From contig JAAZKE010000025.1 in assembly GCA_012799995.1 (NCBI GenBank), forward strand, positions 6,847 to 70,846: a DNA stretch of 64,000 nt, read 5' to 3'. A program made the position numbers and the translations under genes. Numbering within the stretch: the stretch's first letter is position 1; every line of letters begins with the position of its first letter. Shown piece after piece: positions 1-9,994 of the stretch. Source of the stretch: Chloroflexota bacterium. GTDB lineage: Bacteria; Chloroflexota; Anaerolineae; Anaerolineales; Anaerolineaceae. The notes under the pieces were generated by a model. That model ran no database searches, was not told the origin of the DNA, and saw only the letters and a program-made list of their open reading frames with translations.

Positions 1-162
1 GTCATCAGGAGAGGCAATTGGAAAACCAGCTTCGATAATATCGACCTTTAAACGTCTTAAGGCACGGGCAACTTCGAGTTTCTCACTGGAAGTCATCGAC
101 GCACCTGGGCTTTGCTCACCATCCCGCAATGTTGTATCAAAAACTAATATCTTTTCGTTCAT
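1..162 (-). CDS. leuA: 2-isopropylmalate synthase, 5' end (runs off window)
   Basis: Manual translation of the minus strand from ATG at 162 gives [54 protein letters not shown], with the DTTLRDGEQ and EAGFP motifs of LeuA-family enzymes. Not in the ORF track. Confidence 0.9.
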   Translation of the reverse strand, partial: MNEKILVFDTTLRDGEQSPGASMTSSEKLEVARALRRLKVDIIEAGFPIASPDD

Positions 163-197
163 GGCAGTTCTCTTTCTTTAGCAATGATAGATTTAAT

Positions 198-224
198 AAA
201 AAAACCACCTTTTTGGGTGGTTTT
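198..224 (-). terminator. Attenuator terminator of the leuA leader
   Basis: Minus strand AAAACCACC-CAAAAA-GGTGGTTTTTTT: stem followed by U7, between the leader peptide and leuA. Confidence 0.85.
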
Positions 225-253
225 CATTTTGATTCAAAAAAACTGAATAGAAC

Positions 254-325
254 CTACCCAAATTGGTGTAAGTCGGTAAGGCTAAGCAACAACACATTCA
301 GATTTTTTTGGATAATTGTTTTCAT
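254..325 (-). CDS. Leu-rich attenuator leader peptide (23 aa, MKTIIQKNLNVLLLSLTDLHQFG)
   Basis: Short ORF with 6 Leu (including TTG TTG CTT), 2 Ile and 1 Val. The region around the stop codon can pair with the 5' arm of the downstream terminator. Confidence 0.8.
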   Translation of the reverse strand: MKTIIQKNLNVLLLSLTDLHQFG

Positions 326-420
326 AACTATGAAAGCATTTTAACTGGCTTTTTGAGAAAAATGTAATTTATTTTGTGAAATATGACTCGCAATATTTCT
401 TTTAGAATATATGTTCCAAC

Positions 421-449
421 TTGACACAAATCTTCTCCTGCACTAAAAT
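421..449 (+). promoter_or_regulatory. Sigma70-type promoter of the tRNA-Ala pair
   Basis: TTGACA (421-426), 17 bp, TAAAAT (444-449), about 20 nt upstream of the first tRNA. Confidence 0.85.
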
Positions 450-469
450 TGTGGAGCCTTCAGAATAAG

Positions 470-542
470 GGGCCTGTAGCGCAGTTGGGAGCGCGCTTCA
501 ATCGCACTGAAGAGGTCGGGGGTTCGAATCCCCCCAGGTCCA
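470..542 (+). tRNA. tRNA-Ala (CGC)
   Basis: Cloverleaf: acceptor GGGCCTG/CAGGTCC with G3:U70 Ala identity pair, anticodon arm CTTCA-ATCGCAC-TGAAG, T-loop TTCGAAT. CCA not encoded. Confidence 0.95.
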
Positions 543-586
543 CAGGAAATACCGCAGGCTCCTGAAAACACGAAGGACACTCATTT

Positions 587-659
587 GGGCCTATGGCGCA
601 GTTGGGAGCGCGTCTCAATGGCATTGAGAAGGTCGTGAGTTCGAATCTCACTAGGTCCA
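587..659 (+). tRNA. tRNA-Ala (GGC)
   Basis: Acceptor GGGCCTA/TAGGTCC (G3:U70), anticodon arm TCTCA-ATGGCAT-TGAGA, T-loop TTCGAAT. CCA not encoded. Confidence 0.95.
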
Positions 660-743
660 CAAACACTAATACGAAATCAGAACAGCTGCATTCAATATTA
701 AACCATTATGCTGTTTAGAATTTTTATTGTATATTTCTTAAAT

Positions 744-781
744 AAAAAACTCTCCCGATTATAAAATCGGGAGAGTTTTTT
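744..781. terminator. Bidirectional intrinsic terminator
   Basis: AAAAAACTCTCCCGATT-ATAA-AATCGGGAGAGTTTTTT between the tRNAs and a convergent CDS. Confidence 0.85.
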
Positions 782-797
782 ATTCTTTTTTACTTTT

Positions 798-1184
798 TTA
801 ATTCTCTTCTTCCTCATAATACGGTGAAATGCAAATTGCATACAAATCAACGTTCTCCGCGGGCATTAGGAATGAGTCATAATTATACCCATAGTTTGCA
901 TAACCATTCCGAGTATGTGACCAGCCATAGAAGATCAAGCCATCTCGATAGATAACAGGTTCGAAAAGTACTTTCACCTTATCGCCATATTGGTAACCTT
1001 TCTGATCAATCGGAACAGCACGCAGACAGTTGTTCTCATGATATGTTACGCAATAGGTGCCCAGTTCCTTGTAGCACGGATTATAGGTAGCCGCCTCAGA
1101 ACAGCTATTCTGCGCTGTAACCATTGACGTAATGCCCAGCAACAGCAATAATACTAACGTCAGGACAATAAGTTGTTTTTTCAT
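798..1184 (-). CDS. Small secreted protein with one InlB B-repeat / Listeria-Bacteroides repeat-like domain
   Basis: GGAGG then ATG at 1184. Signal peptide MKKQLIVLTLVLLLLLGITSMVTAQ. Pattern VTYHEN..P.D...Y..G..V......RDGL.FYGW......F.MP..NV.LYA. Confidence 0.6.
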   Translation of the reverse strand: MKKQLIVLTLVLLLLLGITSMVTAQNSCSEAATYNPCYKELGTYCVTYHENNCLRAVPIDQKGYQYGDKVKVLFEPVIYRDGLIFYGWSHTRNGYANYGYNYDSFLMPAENVDLYAICISPYYEEEEN

Positions 1185-1584
1185 AATACCTCCAAGTATT
1201 GAAAAAATTATATACAATCTATATTCAAAACTTCATTTTTTGTCAATAGAATCATTGGCTTATTTTACACCTTTTTCAGTCTAATATGCAAATTCAGGAA
1301 AATAATCACTATTTTTTCAGTTTGGCATGAATTTGGCACATTATTATACAAATCTATTCATTTTTTTTGATACCAGTATTTTAACGTGATTATAGAACTT
1401 TTTCAAGTACCTGTATGGGTCCAATATATTGAGAGACACTGGTTGCGGATTATTCAATAGACCATAAAATCCCACAAAAAAACATTCCAATCCGTCACAT
1501 CACCCGAATAATTCAATCAATCAAGAAAATAAGCTAAGTTGGACTATAATGGTCAGATATTTGAAAAAGCATTCCGGAGGAAAC

Positions 1585-4044
1585 ATGCAGCAAAAGATTG
1601 TTCCGATTTATGAACCAGTTAAAATCGAGAAAAAATGGCAGAAAACGTGGGAAGATCTTAATCAGCACAAGGCTGTTATAGATCCTGATAAACCCAAACA
1701 TTACGCGCTCACCATGCTCCCTTATCCATCCGGAAATCTTCATATCGGGCACTGGTATGCCATTACACCATCCGATGCCCATGCGCGCTTTATGCGTATG
1801 AACGGGTACAACGTGATGTTTCCAATGGGTTTCGATGCTTTCGGTCTTCCAGCTGAAAATGCAGCGATTAAGAACAACATCCACCCGAAGCAGTGGACGT
1901 TCCAGAACATTTCCCATATGCGCGAACAGCTGAAGACCATGGGATGTATGTTTGACTGGGATCGAGAGATAATCAGTTCGGAACCGGATTACTACCATTG
2001 GACACAATGGTTCTTCCTGAAACTGTACGAAAACGGATTGGCTTATCAAAAATTTTCGCCGGTGGATTGGTGCCCAACATGCAATACGACTCTCGCCCGC
2101 GAACAGGTTTGGGGAGATGATCGCCATTGTGAACGCTGCGAAACACCTGTTATTAAAAAAGATTTGAATCAGTGGTATTTCAGGATTACAAATTACGCTG
2201 ATGAGCTGAGGAGTTTTGATGGAATTGACTGGCCAGAGCGCGTTCAGACGCTGCAAAACAACTGGATTGGGAAATCATTCGGTGCGCTGGTTACGTATAA
2301 AACCGAATATGGCGATCCCCTGGAAGTATTTACCACCCGTCCGGACACATTATGGGGTGTAACATTTATGGTTCTCGCCCCTGAGCATCCGCTGGTTGCA
2401 AAATTAACCAGGAGCGAAAACAGCGAAGCGGTACAAAAATATATCGACCAGGCAAAATTCCACACTGATATTCAGCGGGAATCGCTTGACCGCGAGAAAA
2501 CCGGTGTCTTCACCGGCTCCTATGCTATCAATCCTGTGAACGAAGAGCGCATTCCGATCTGGATTGCCGATTATGTCCTGATGGGTTATGGGACAGGCGC
2601 GGTAATGGGCGTGCCGGCGCATGATCAGCGCGACTTCGAGTTTGCCAGAAAGTTCGGACTCAAAATAAGGGTAGTAATCCAACCTGAAGGCACCGAACTC
2701 CTTGATGCAGATACAATGACCGCTTCCGTACCTGCGATTGGGGCGATGGTAAATTCAGGTGATATGACTGGCACTCCGGGAGATGAAGCCATCGACAAGG
2801 TAATCGACTGGCTGGAAGAAAGACAGATCGGCAAACGCACCACTACCTATCGGCTGCGCGACTGGCTGATCTCACGCCAGCGGTACTGGGGCGCTCCAAT
2901 CCCGATCATCCACTGCCCAAAATGTGGAATTGTTCCTGTGCCGGAGAGTGAGTTGCCCGTCAGGCTTCCGGATGATGTAGAGTGGAAACCAACCGGAGAA
3001 AGCCCGCTCAGACTCCACCCAACCTGGAAACATGTGAATTGTCCAAAATGCGGAGAACCCGCAGAGCGTGAAACCGATACGATGGACACCTTTATGTGCT
3101 CCAGCTGGTATCACCTTGGATATCTAAGTCCGTATTATCCGAACTGGCCATTCAAACAGGAAGAATACGATTATTGGATGCCAGTCGATATTTACACCGG
3201 TGGTATTGAACACGCTACCATGCATTTGATTTACACGCGATTTTTCCACAAGGCTTTCCGTGATATCGGTATCCTGAAAGGGAACGAACCGATGCTGATG
3301 CTGCGCAATCAGGGCACGGTGTTGGGTGAGGACAACGAAAAAATGTCAAAGAGCCGTGGAAATGTGGTGGATCCTGACAAACTCGTTAATTCCTACGGCG
3401 CTGATACGGTTCGAGCCTACCTGATGTTCTTTGCGCGCTGGGAGTTGGGCGCGCCTTGGAATAGTTCAGGTATTGAAGGATCATCACGCTGGATCCGCAG
3501 GATTTGGTCAACTGTTCTCGAACCCGCCGAAACGAAAAAAAATATTGATCCGGAAGTTTTCAAGGTATTAAAAAGGAGAATTTACCAGACAGTCGCCTCA
3601 GTCACCCGCGATTTTCAACATTTTCAATTCAATACGATCGTTTCCAGTTTGATGGAAATGTTAAATGAAATGATCAAAGCAAAAAATGCCGGGGCTTACG
3701 GGACAACTGAGTGGAATGAGGCTGTTGATATCTACCTCAGGCTTGCTGCTCCGATTATTCCACATATCACCGAAGAACTATACGCTCTGTTAGGGAACAG
3801 TGGCTCAATCCATCTCGCTCAATGGCCAGAGATGGATGAAGAAGCAGCAAAAGAGGAATTGATCACATTAGTAGTGCAGATCAATGGCAAGCTGCGCGGC
3901 AGACTGGTTTTACCGGCTGGAAGCAGTGAAGAAGTTGTTAAAGAAGAAGCGATGAAACTGGAGTCTGTATCGGCAATGCTTGATGGAAAAGAACCGAAAA
4001 AATTAATCGTGGTTCCCAACAAATTGATCAATATCGTTGTCTGA
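1585..4044 (+). CDS. leuS: Leucine--tRNA ligase
   Basis: MLPYPSG, HIGH, GFDAFGLPAENAA and KMSKS motifs. Start moved to ATG 1585 behind GGAGG. Confidence 0.97.
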   Translation: MQQKIVPIYEPVKIEKKWQKTWEDLNQHKAVIDPDKPKHYALTMLPYPSGNLHIGHWYAITPSDAHARFMRMNGYNVMFPMGFDAFGLPAENAAIKNNIHPKQWTFQNISHMREQLKTMGCMFDWDREIISSEPDYYHWTQWFFLKLYENGLAYQKFSPVDWCPTCNTTLAREQVWGDDRHCERCETPVIKKDLNQWYFRITNYADELRSFDGIDWPERVQTLQNNWIGKSFGALVTYKTEYGDPLEVFTTRPDTLWGVTFMVLAPEHPLVAKLTRSENSEAVQKYIDQAKFHTDIQRESLDREKTGVFTGSYAINPVNEERIPIWIADYVLMGYGTGAVMGVPAHDQRDFEFARKFGLKIRVVIQPEGTELLDADTMTASVPAIGAMVNSGDMTGTPGDEAIDKVIDWLEERQIGKRTTTYRLRDWLISRQRYWGAPIPIIHCPKCGIVPVPESELPVRLPDDVEWKPTGESPLRLHPTWKHVNCPKCGEPAERETDTMDTFMCSSWYHLGYLSPYYPNWPFKQEEYDYWMPVDIYTGGIEHATMHLIYTRFFHKAFRDIGILKGNEPMLMLRNQGTVLGEDNEKMSKSRGNVVDPDKLVNSYGADTVRAYLMFFARWELGAPWNSSGIEGSSRWIRRIWSTVLEPAETKKNIDPEVFKVLKRRIYQTVASVTRDFQHFQFNTIVSSLMEMLNEMIKAKNAGAYGTTEWNEAVDIYLRLAAPIIPHITEELYALLGNSGSIHLAQWPEMDEEAAKEELITLVVQINGKLRGRLVLPAGSSEEVVKEEAMKLESVSAMLDGKEPKKLIVVPNKLINIVV

Positions 4045-4076
4045 AAAACTCTGTTACCCTTCTTCTCGATAGATAC

Positions 4077-4110
4077 AAGACCACCTGTCGAAAATCCGAC
4101 AGGTGGTCTT
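4077..4110. terminator. Probable terminator hairpin between convergent genes
   Basis: Perfect 14-bp stem AAGACCACCTGTCG/CGACAGGTGGTCTT with a weak U-tract. Confidence 0.7.
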
Positions 4111-4160
4111 AGTTCATTTAATATTGATAACTAAACCATGAGCACTTAAAATAACTCTTT

Positions 4161-4763
4161 TTATAATGGCGTCAGGCGTGTTAGTTCAGCTTCATAAGGA
4201 AGCAGAACGGACTGTAATTCCGCTGGAGTATGATCCTCCAGCCAGAAATCTCTGTCCTCTTTAGCCAGAATCACCGGCATACGATCATGGATTTTACCAA
4301 CAGCATCATTGGCTGGGCAGGTGATCATTGTGGCAGAAAAGATTTCGTTTCCTTCCTTATCCATCCAATGGTCCCAAAGCCCTGCAAAAGTAAAAACGGG
4401 TTGATTTTCGATGGTAATAAAAAAATGTCGTTTCAGCTCTGATTTTCGGTCAATCTCATAAAACCCGCTGGAGGGAATGAGACAGCGCCTGCGCCTGAAC
4501 GCATTCCGAAAAGAGGGCTTTTCATTCAGCGTTTCCGAACGGGCGTTAAAAGTTGAACGGGCAATCTTAATATCAGATGCCCATGAGGGAATCAACCCCC
4601 AATAAAAATAATCTAATTCCAGCTCATCTCTTTTTATGAGAACCGGAATCCCATTGCCTGGATAAAAACTGGCAGCAGGTAAAAACTCAGGAGGAACTGT
4701 TCCAATTCCCAGTTCCTCCTCCAGTTCATGCGGTTGTACTATCAGGGAAAAACAAACACACAT
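4161..4763 (-). CDS. SOS response-associated peptidase (SRAP/YedK/HMCES family)
   Basis: WGLIPSWA, FNARSET, RRCLIP..GFYE and IHDRMPVIL motifs. N-terminal Cys2 present. Confidence 0.9.
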   Translation of the reverse strand: MCVCFSLIVQPHELEEELGIGTVPPEFLPAASFYPGNGIPVLIKRDELELDYFYWGLIPSWASDIKIARSTFNARSETLNEKPSFRNAFRRRRCLIPSSGFYEIDRKSELKRHFFITIENQPVFTFAGLWDHWMDKEGNEIFSATMITCPANDAVGKIHDRMPVILAKEDRDFWLEDHTPAELQSVLLPYEAELTRLTPL

Positions 4764-4765
4764 CG

Positions 4766-5590
4766 CTAATAGCCAAGTGTCAGGCGGCGTAAATAACGCA
4801 GGATATCAATTCTCGAACGTTTAAAATCATCCTTGTGAATGTTATGACCGCAATTTTCGTAATAGGTTGCTTCCCAGTTAGGATGACGATCGACCAGTCT
4901 CTTTAAAATATCAGGGGTGACAATCGCACCATATTCATTATTACCAGTCATAATCAGGGCAGGCTGCGTTATTTGATCTGCAACTTCTTCCCAGTTTTCT
5001 GGAATCGTGGCGGTCACATCCAGAAAATCCGGATTCATCTGCTGGCTGGATTTCACCCAGGGGCGAATATCATCTTCACTCCAGGTGGGATGGATCCTGC
5101 GAGCCTCTTCCGCAAGTTCTTCATAACTCATATTCTTATAACGACGGAGATTTCCTCTAAAGTCTTCGGTTACCTTCTCCCCAAATTCTCTGGTCATCAA
5201 CTCGGGTGGATACCAGGGTGGGTCAATCAAGATCATTGCACTAACCATCTCCGGATTCTTTGCAGCCAGCCTTGCGACCATAGCGCCACCCATCGAATGT
5301 CCTATGGCAATCACCGGGGCTAAATTGAGCGTTTTGATAAATTCTGCAGCGTCCAGCGTCAAATCCTGAATGGTATGTCCACTGGTTGGACATTCAGAAA
5401 ATCCATGGCAACGTGCATCTGGCAGGTAGATATCGTACACATGGTTCAATGCCATTGCCAGGCGATTCCAGGACATTCCATTGCCTATCAGCCCATGAAA
5501 CATCACCACCGTAGGAAAACCCTGGCTGGTGTGGGTGTAATGGATTTTCACATTATTGCATTGGACATTTCCAAAAAATAATTTGTTCAT
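4766..5590 (-). CDS. Alpha/beta hydrolase
   Basis: FHG oxyanion loop, [14 protein letters not shown] nucleophile elbow, C-terminal GHNIH. Confidence 0.85.
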   Translation of the reverse strand: MNKLFFGNVQCNNVKIHYTHTSQGFPTVVMFHGLIGNGMSWNRLAMALNHVYDIYLPDARCHGFSECPTSGHTIQDLTLDAAEFIKTLNLAPVIAIGHSMGGAMVARLAAKNPEMVSAMILIDPPWYPPELMTREFGEKVTEDFRGNLRRYKNMSYEELAEEARRIHPTWSEDDIRPWVKSSQQMNPDFLDVTATIPENWEEVADQITQPALIMTGNNEYGAIVTPDILKRLVDRHPNWEATYYENCGHNIHKDDFKRSRIDILRYLRRLTLGY

Positions 5591-6456
5591 TTTTCCTTAG
5601 CATCGATAATCTTGATACTTGCGCTGGCACCGATTCGGGAAGCGCCTGCTTTTATCATCTTTTTTGCATCTTCGGATGTCCGGATGCCGCCAGATGCTTT
5701 TACTCCCATTTCATCACCCACCGTCTCCCGCATCAGTTTTACATCCGCCTCAGTCGCGCCTCCAGTTGAAAAACCGGTCGAAGTTTTGACAAAGTCGGCT
5801 CCCAATGCTTTAGCGATCAGACAGGCAATTTTCTTCTCTTCGTCAGTCAACAGGCAAGTCTCGATAATCACTTTCACCAACACGTTATGACTATGCGCAA
5901 TTTTGATAACCCCGGCAATATCTTTTGAAACCAGCCGATAGTCCTTACTTTTCAGAGCACCAATGTTCATAACCATATCAATCTCAGTTGCGCCATTTTC
6001 AATCGCCATCTCAGCTTCCATTGCTTTCGCTTCAGGGATCATAGCACCCAAGGGGAAACCAACTACGCTGCAGACTTCAACATCCGACCCTCGCAGCAAT
6101 TCAGCACACAGTCTTACCCAGGCGCTGTTGACGCAAACCGATTTGAAATGATGTTTTTTTGCCTCAAGGCAAAGGGAAGTGATCTGGTCAACTGTGCTGT
6201 CTGGTTTCAAGTTGGTATGATCAATCATTTGAGCAAGCTTTTCCGATTCCTGAACGGTTTCATCATCCAGGTCCCTACTCACTTCCGCATCCATCACTTC
6301 AAAATCATCGGACAGATCAATCGAAACACAGATTCCATCGCTTTCTGCAAAAGCTTCGTTATCGAAGAATCCCATTGCATCATCCTCATAAAAATCTTCA
6401 TCAAAGAAATCGTTTTCGGAATCCATATCCAAGTTGGAATTCAAATTTTGAGCCAT
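5587..6456 (-). CDS. deoC: Deoxyribose-phosphate aldolase with long acidic N-terminal extension
   Basis: [34 protein letters not shown] and VKASGGIR motifs. GAGGT precedes ATG at 6456. Confidence 0.92.
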   Translation of the reverse strand: MAQNLNSNLDMDSENDFFDEDFYEDDAMGFFDNEAFAESDGICVSIDLSDDFEVMDAEVSRDLDDETVQESEKLAQMIDHTNLKPDSTVDQITSLCLEAKKHHFKSVCVNSAWVRLCAELLRGSDVEVCSVVGFPLGAMIPEAKAMEAEMAIENGATEIDMVMNIGALKSKDYRLVSKDIAGVIKIAHSHNVLVKVIIETCLLTDEEKKIACLIAKALGADFVKTSTGFSTGGATEADVKLMRETVGDEMGVKASGGIRTSEDAKKMIKAGASRIGASASIKIIDAKEK

Positions 6457-6543
6457 ACGCACCTCTTTCTATACCCTGGTTATTATATCAAACGGGATGC
6501 CGGCAAAGGGAATAAAACCCTCCCCAAATCAAATGGTCGTCCC

Positions 6544-6572
6544 TTTACAGAGACCACTTGAAATGCTATTAT
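6544..6572 (+). promoter_or_regulatory. Sigma70-type promoter of yvcK(-gap-pgk)
   Basis: TTTACA, 17 bp, TATTAT with extended TG. ATG follows 9 nt later with no SD. Confidence 0.6.
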
Positions 6573-6581
6573 TTTTAACCT

Positions 6582-7568
6582 ATGGAAATTACTGAAGGTT
6601 CAATTCCCAAAACAGAAAATGTAAAGATCGTTGTAATCGGTGGAGGTCATGGGTTATCTTCTATTCTGCGCGGATTGAAGAAGCTCACCAACGATTTGAC
6701 GGCTGTTGTAACGGTATCTGATGACGGCGGTTCATCGGGAGCTCTGCGTCGTGATATCGGCATTCTCCCTCCCGGGGATATTCGAAACTGTCTGGCTGCC
6801 CTTTCTGATGACGAGGAATTCCTGACCCAGGTACTGCAATATCGTTTTTCGTCGGAAACCAGCGTTGGCGGACACAACCTTGGTAATCTGCTGCTGACTG
6901 CACTCGCCAATATCACCGGTAGCTTTGAACAGGGAATTCAGGAGCTAACCAGGATTTTGGCGGTCAACGGCAAAGTAACACCGTCAACCCTGGAGGATGT
7001 GAATCTGGTTGCAAACGTTGAATTTGAGCAGGATGGGCAGATCTTTTGCGAGCGAATTTTTGGCGAATCCAATATCACAAAGAAAAACGGCAGGATTATG
7101 AGCCTTGACATTGAGCCAAATTATGTCAGCGCAAACCCGGAAGCTCTCAAAGCGATCCTGGCTGCGGATATTGTTGCGCTCGGTCCAGGTAGTCTCTATA
7201 CCAGTATTTTGCCTAATCTAAAAGTACAGGGAATTGCAAAAGCATTGAATGCGTGCGTTGGAAAAATTTTCTTCTTCTGCAATGTCTCCAATCAGCCAGG
7301 CGAGACAATGGGGTACACCTGTTCTGACCATGTTCAGGCGATCCAGGAAGCAATTCCAGACGTCGTAATCGATGGAATTATTTGTAACAATAATCACGAA
7401 CCAGGAAGTTCAGATTCAGTCTACTGGGTTAAAATTAACGAGGAATTAATGGGACAATATCGGGTATTTACTGGCGATTTAGTCGATGAAAACTACCCGT
7501 GGCGCCATGATTCTCAGAAGGCAGCGCAGATGTTGCTGGATGCTTATTTCGGGCTGATCGCCCAATAA
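6582..7568 (+). CDS. YvcK/CofD-like gluconeogenesis factor
   Basis: GGGHGLS, VTVSDDGGSSG.LR, PPGDIRNC and GPGSLYTSILPNL motifs. Confidence 0.9.
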   Translation: MEITEGSIPKTENVKIVVIGGGHGLSSILRGLKKLTNDLTAVVTVSDDGGSSGALRRDIGILPPGDIRNCLAALSDDEEFLTQVLQYRFSSETSVGGHNLGNLLLTALANITGSFEQGIQELTRILAVNGKVTPSTLEDVNLVANVEFEQDGQIFCERIFGESNITKKNGRIMSLDIEPNYVSANPEALKAILAADIVALGPGSLYTSILPNLKVQGIAKALNACVGKIFFFCNVSNQPGETMGYTCSDHVQAIQEAIPDVVIDGIICNNNHEPGSSDSVYWVKINEELMGQYRVFTGDLVDENYPWRHDSQKAAQMLLDAYFGLIAQ

Positions 7569-8660
<1,092 letters not shown>

Positions 8661-8680
8661 TTTTAGCTGAATATAAAAGT

Positions 8681-8717
8681 TGATCGGATCAGTTTTACAG
8701 CGGGTCCGATCATTTTT
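8681..8717 (+). terminator. Possible intra-operon terminator or processing hairpin
   Basis: TGATCGGATC...GGTCCGATCA followed by TTTTT between gap and pgk. Confidence 0.55.
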
Positions 8718-8755
8718 ATTTGAAGTTATTTCTTTTAGAATTTATAGAGGTTCCT

Positions 8756-9931
8756 ATGTTCAACAAAAAAACCATTAATGATATTGATGTAAAAGGGAAA
8801 AAAGTTCTGGTCCGAGTCGATTTTAATGTTCCGTTGAAAGACGGCGTAATCAGTGACGATACACGTGTCACTGCTGCTTTGCCGACCATCAACTATTTGC
8901 TTTCTCAGGATGCAGCTGTTATTCTCTGCTCGCATCTCGGAAGGCCAAAAGCTGGTCCAGATCCGAAATTTTCCCTTCAACCTGTTGCCAATCACCTGCA
9001 AACTTTGATTCCCAATAAGGTGCATTTTGTCGATGACTCCGTTGGGGAAAAAGTTGAGAAAGCAGCAGGGGATCTGAAACCGGGCGAAGTACTGGTTTTG
9101 GAAAACACCCGATTTTATCCCGAAGAAGAGAAAAACGATCCTGTATATGCAAAGAAGTTATCAGACTTGGCTGATATCTATGTCAACGACGCATTCGGTT
9201 CCGCTCACCGCGCTCACGCCTCGACAGAGGGAGTTACACACTACAAGCCAGGTGTAGCCGGTTTCCTGTTGGAAAAAGAGATTAAATACCTTTCGGGAGC
9301 AATAGAAAATCCCCAACGTCCTTTTGTTGCAATCCTCGGTGGCGCAAAAATTTCCGACAAAATCGGCGTCATCAAGAATCTGCTTACAAAAGCGGATAAA
9401 GTTCTGATTGGTGGTGGAATGGCAAACACTTTCCTGAAAGCCAGGGGTTTCCAGATGGGAGATTCACTGGTTCAGGACGAAGCATTGGAGACAGCCAATG
9501 AAATCCTGAGCTCCGGCAGCGATAAGCTCGTTCTGCCCAAAGACCTGGTGATCGCAGATGCATTTGAAGATTCTGCTGCTAAAAAGACAATCGAAGTTGG
9601 TGATGTTCCAGAACATTGGCGAGCACTCGATATTGGTGAAGAGACAGTCAAAGAATTCAGCAAAATCATCAAGGATGCCGGAACGGTGGTATGGAACGGG
9701 CCGATGGGCGTTTTTGAAATGCCTAATTTCGCCATCGGAACATTCGAAGTTGCCAAAGCTGTCGCTGATAGTAAAGCTGTTTCGATCATCGGTGGCGGCG
9801 ATTCGGTCGCCGCAATTCAGAAATCTGGATTGGCTGACAAGGTTACTCACATCTCAACCGGTGGTGGCGCTTCACTCGAAATGCTCGAAGGAATCGCACT
9901 CCCGGGCGTGGCTGCGTTGCAGGATAAATAA
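8756..9931 (+). CDS. pgk: Phosphoglycerate kinase
   Basis: RVDFNVP, SHLGRP, LENTRF, NDAFG..HRAHAS and STGGGASLE motifs. Start at ATG 8756 behind AGAGG. Confidence 0.97.
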   Translation: MFNKKTINDIDVKGKKVLVRVDFNVPLKDGVISDDTRVTAALPTINYLLSQDAAVILCSHLGRPKAGPDPKFSLQPVANHLQTLIPNKVHFVDDSVGEKVEKAAGDLKPGEVLVLENTRFYPEEEKNDPVYAKKLSDLADIYVNDAFGSAHRAHASTEGVTHYKPGVAGFLLEKEIKYLSGAIENPQRPFVAILGGAKISDKIGVIKNLLTKADKVLIGGGMANTFLKARGFQMGDSLVQDEALETANEILSSGSDKLVLPKDLVIADAFEDSAAKKTIEVGDVPEHWRALDIGEETVKEFSKIIKDAGTVVWNGPMGVFEMPNFAIGTFEVAKAVADSKAVSIIGGGDSVAAIQKSGLADKVTHISTGGGASLEMLEGIALPGVAALQDK

Positions 9932-9965
9932 GAGAGATAGTTCAAATTCAGAGAAATGAAATGAA

Positions 9966-9993
9966 AAACAGGAGGGAAATTTCCCTCCTGTTT
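9966..9993. terminator. Bidirectional terminator (28-bp perfect palindrome)
   Basis: AAACAGGAGGGAAATTTCCCTCCTGTTT between convergent pgk and nfo. Confidence 0.8.
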
Positions 9994-9994
9994 G

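Noticed and set aside
129-344. 71-aa plus-strand ORF in the ORF track
   Set aside because: It is antisense to leuA and its attenuator, spans terminator T/A tracts and has no recognisable features.
460-666. 68-aa minus-strand ORF
   Set aside because: It is the antisense reading of the two tRNA-Ala genes.
1321-1340. TTTGGCA repeat resembling a sigma54 promoter
   Set aside because: The required -12 TTGC is absent (TTGG), and a two-copy heptamer is not significant.
1218-1584. Possible T-box upstream of leuS (also checked upstream of alaS)
   Set aside because: No T-box consensus (GGTGGnACC), specifier stem or terminator; the region is simply AT-rich.
1534-2256. 240-aa antisense ORF over leuS, and many other 60-150 aa ORFs overlapping real genes
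   Set aside because: They are shadows of well-supported genes on the other strand or frame, with no motifs or SD.
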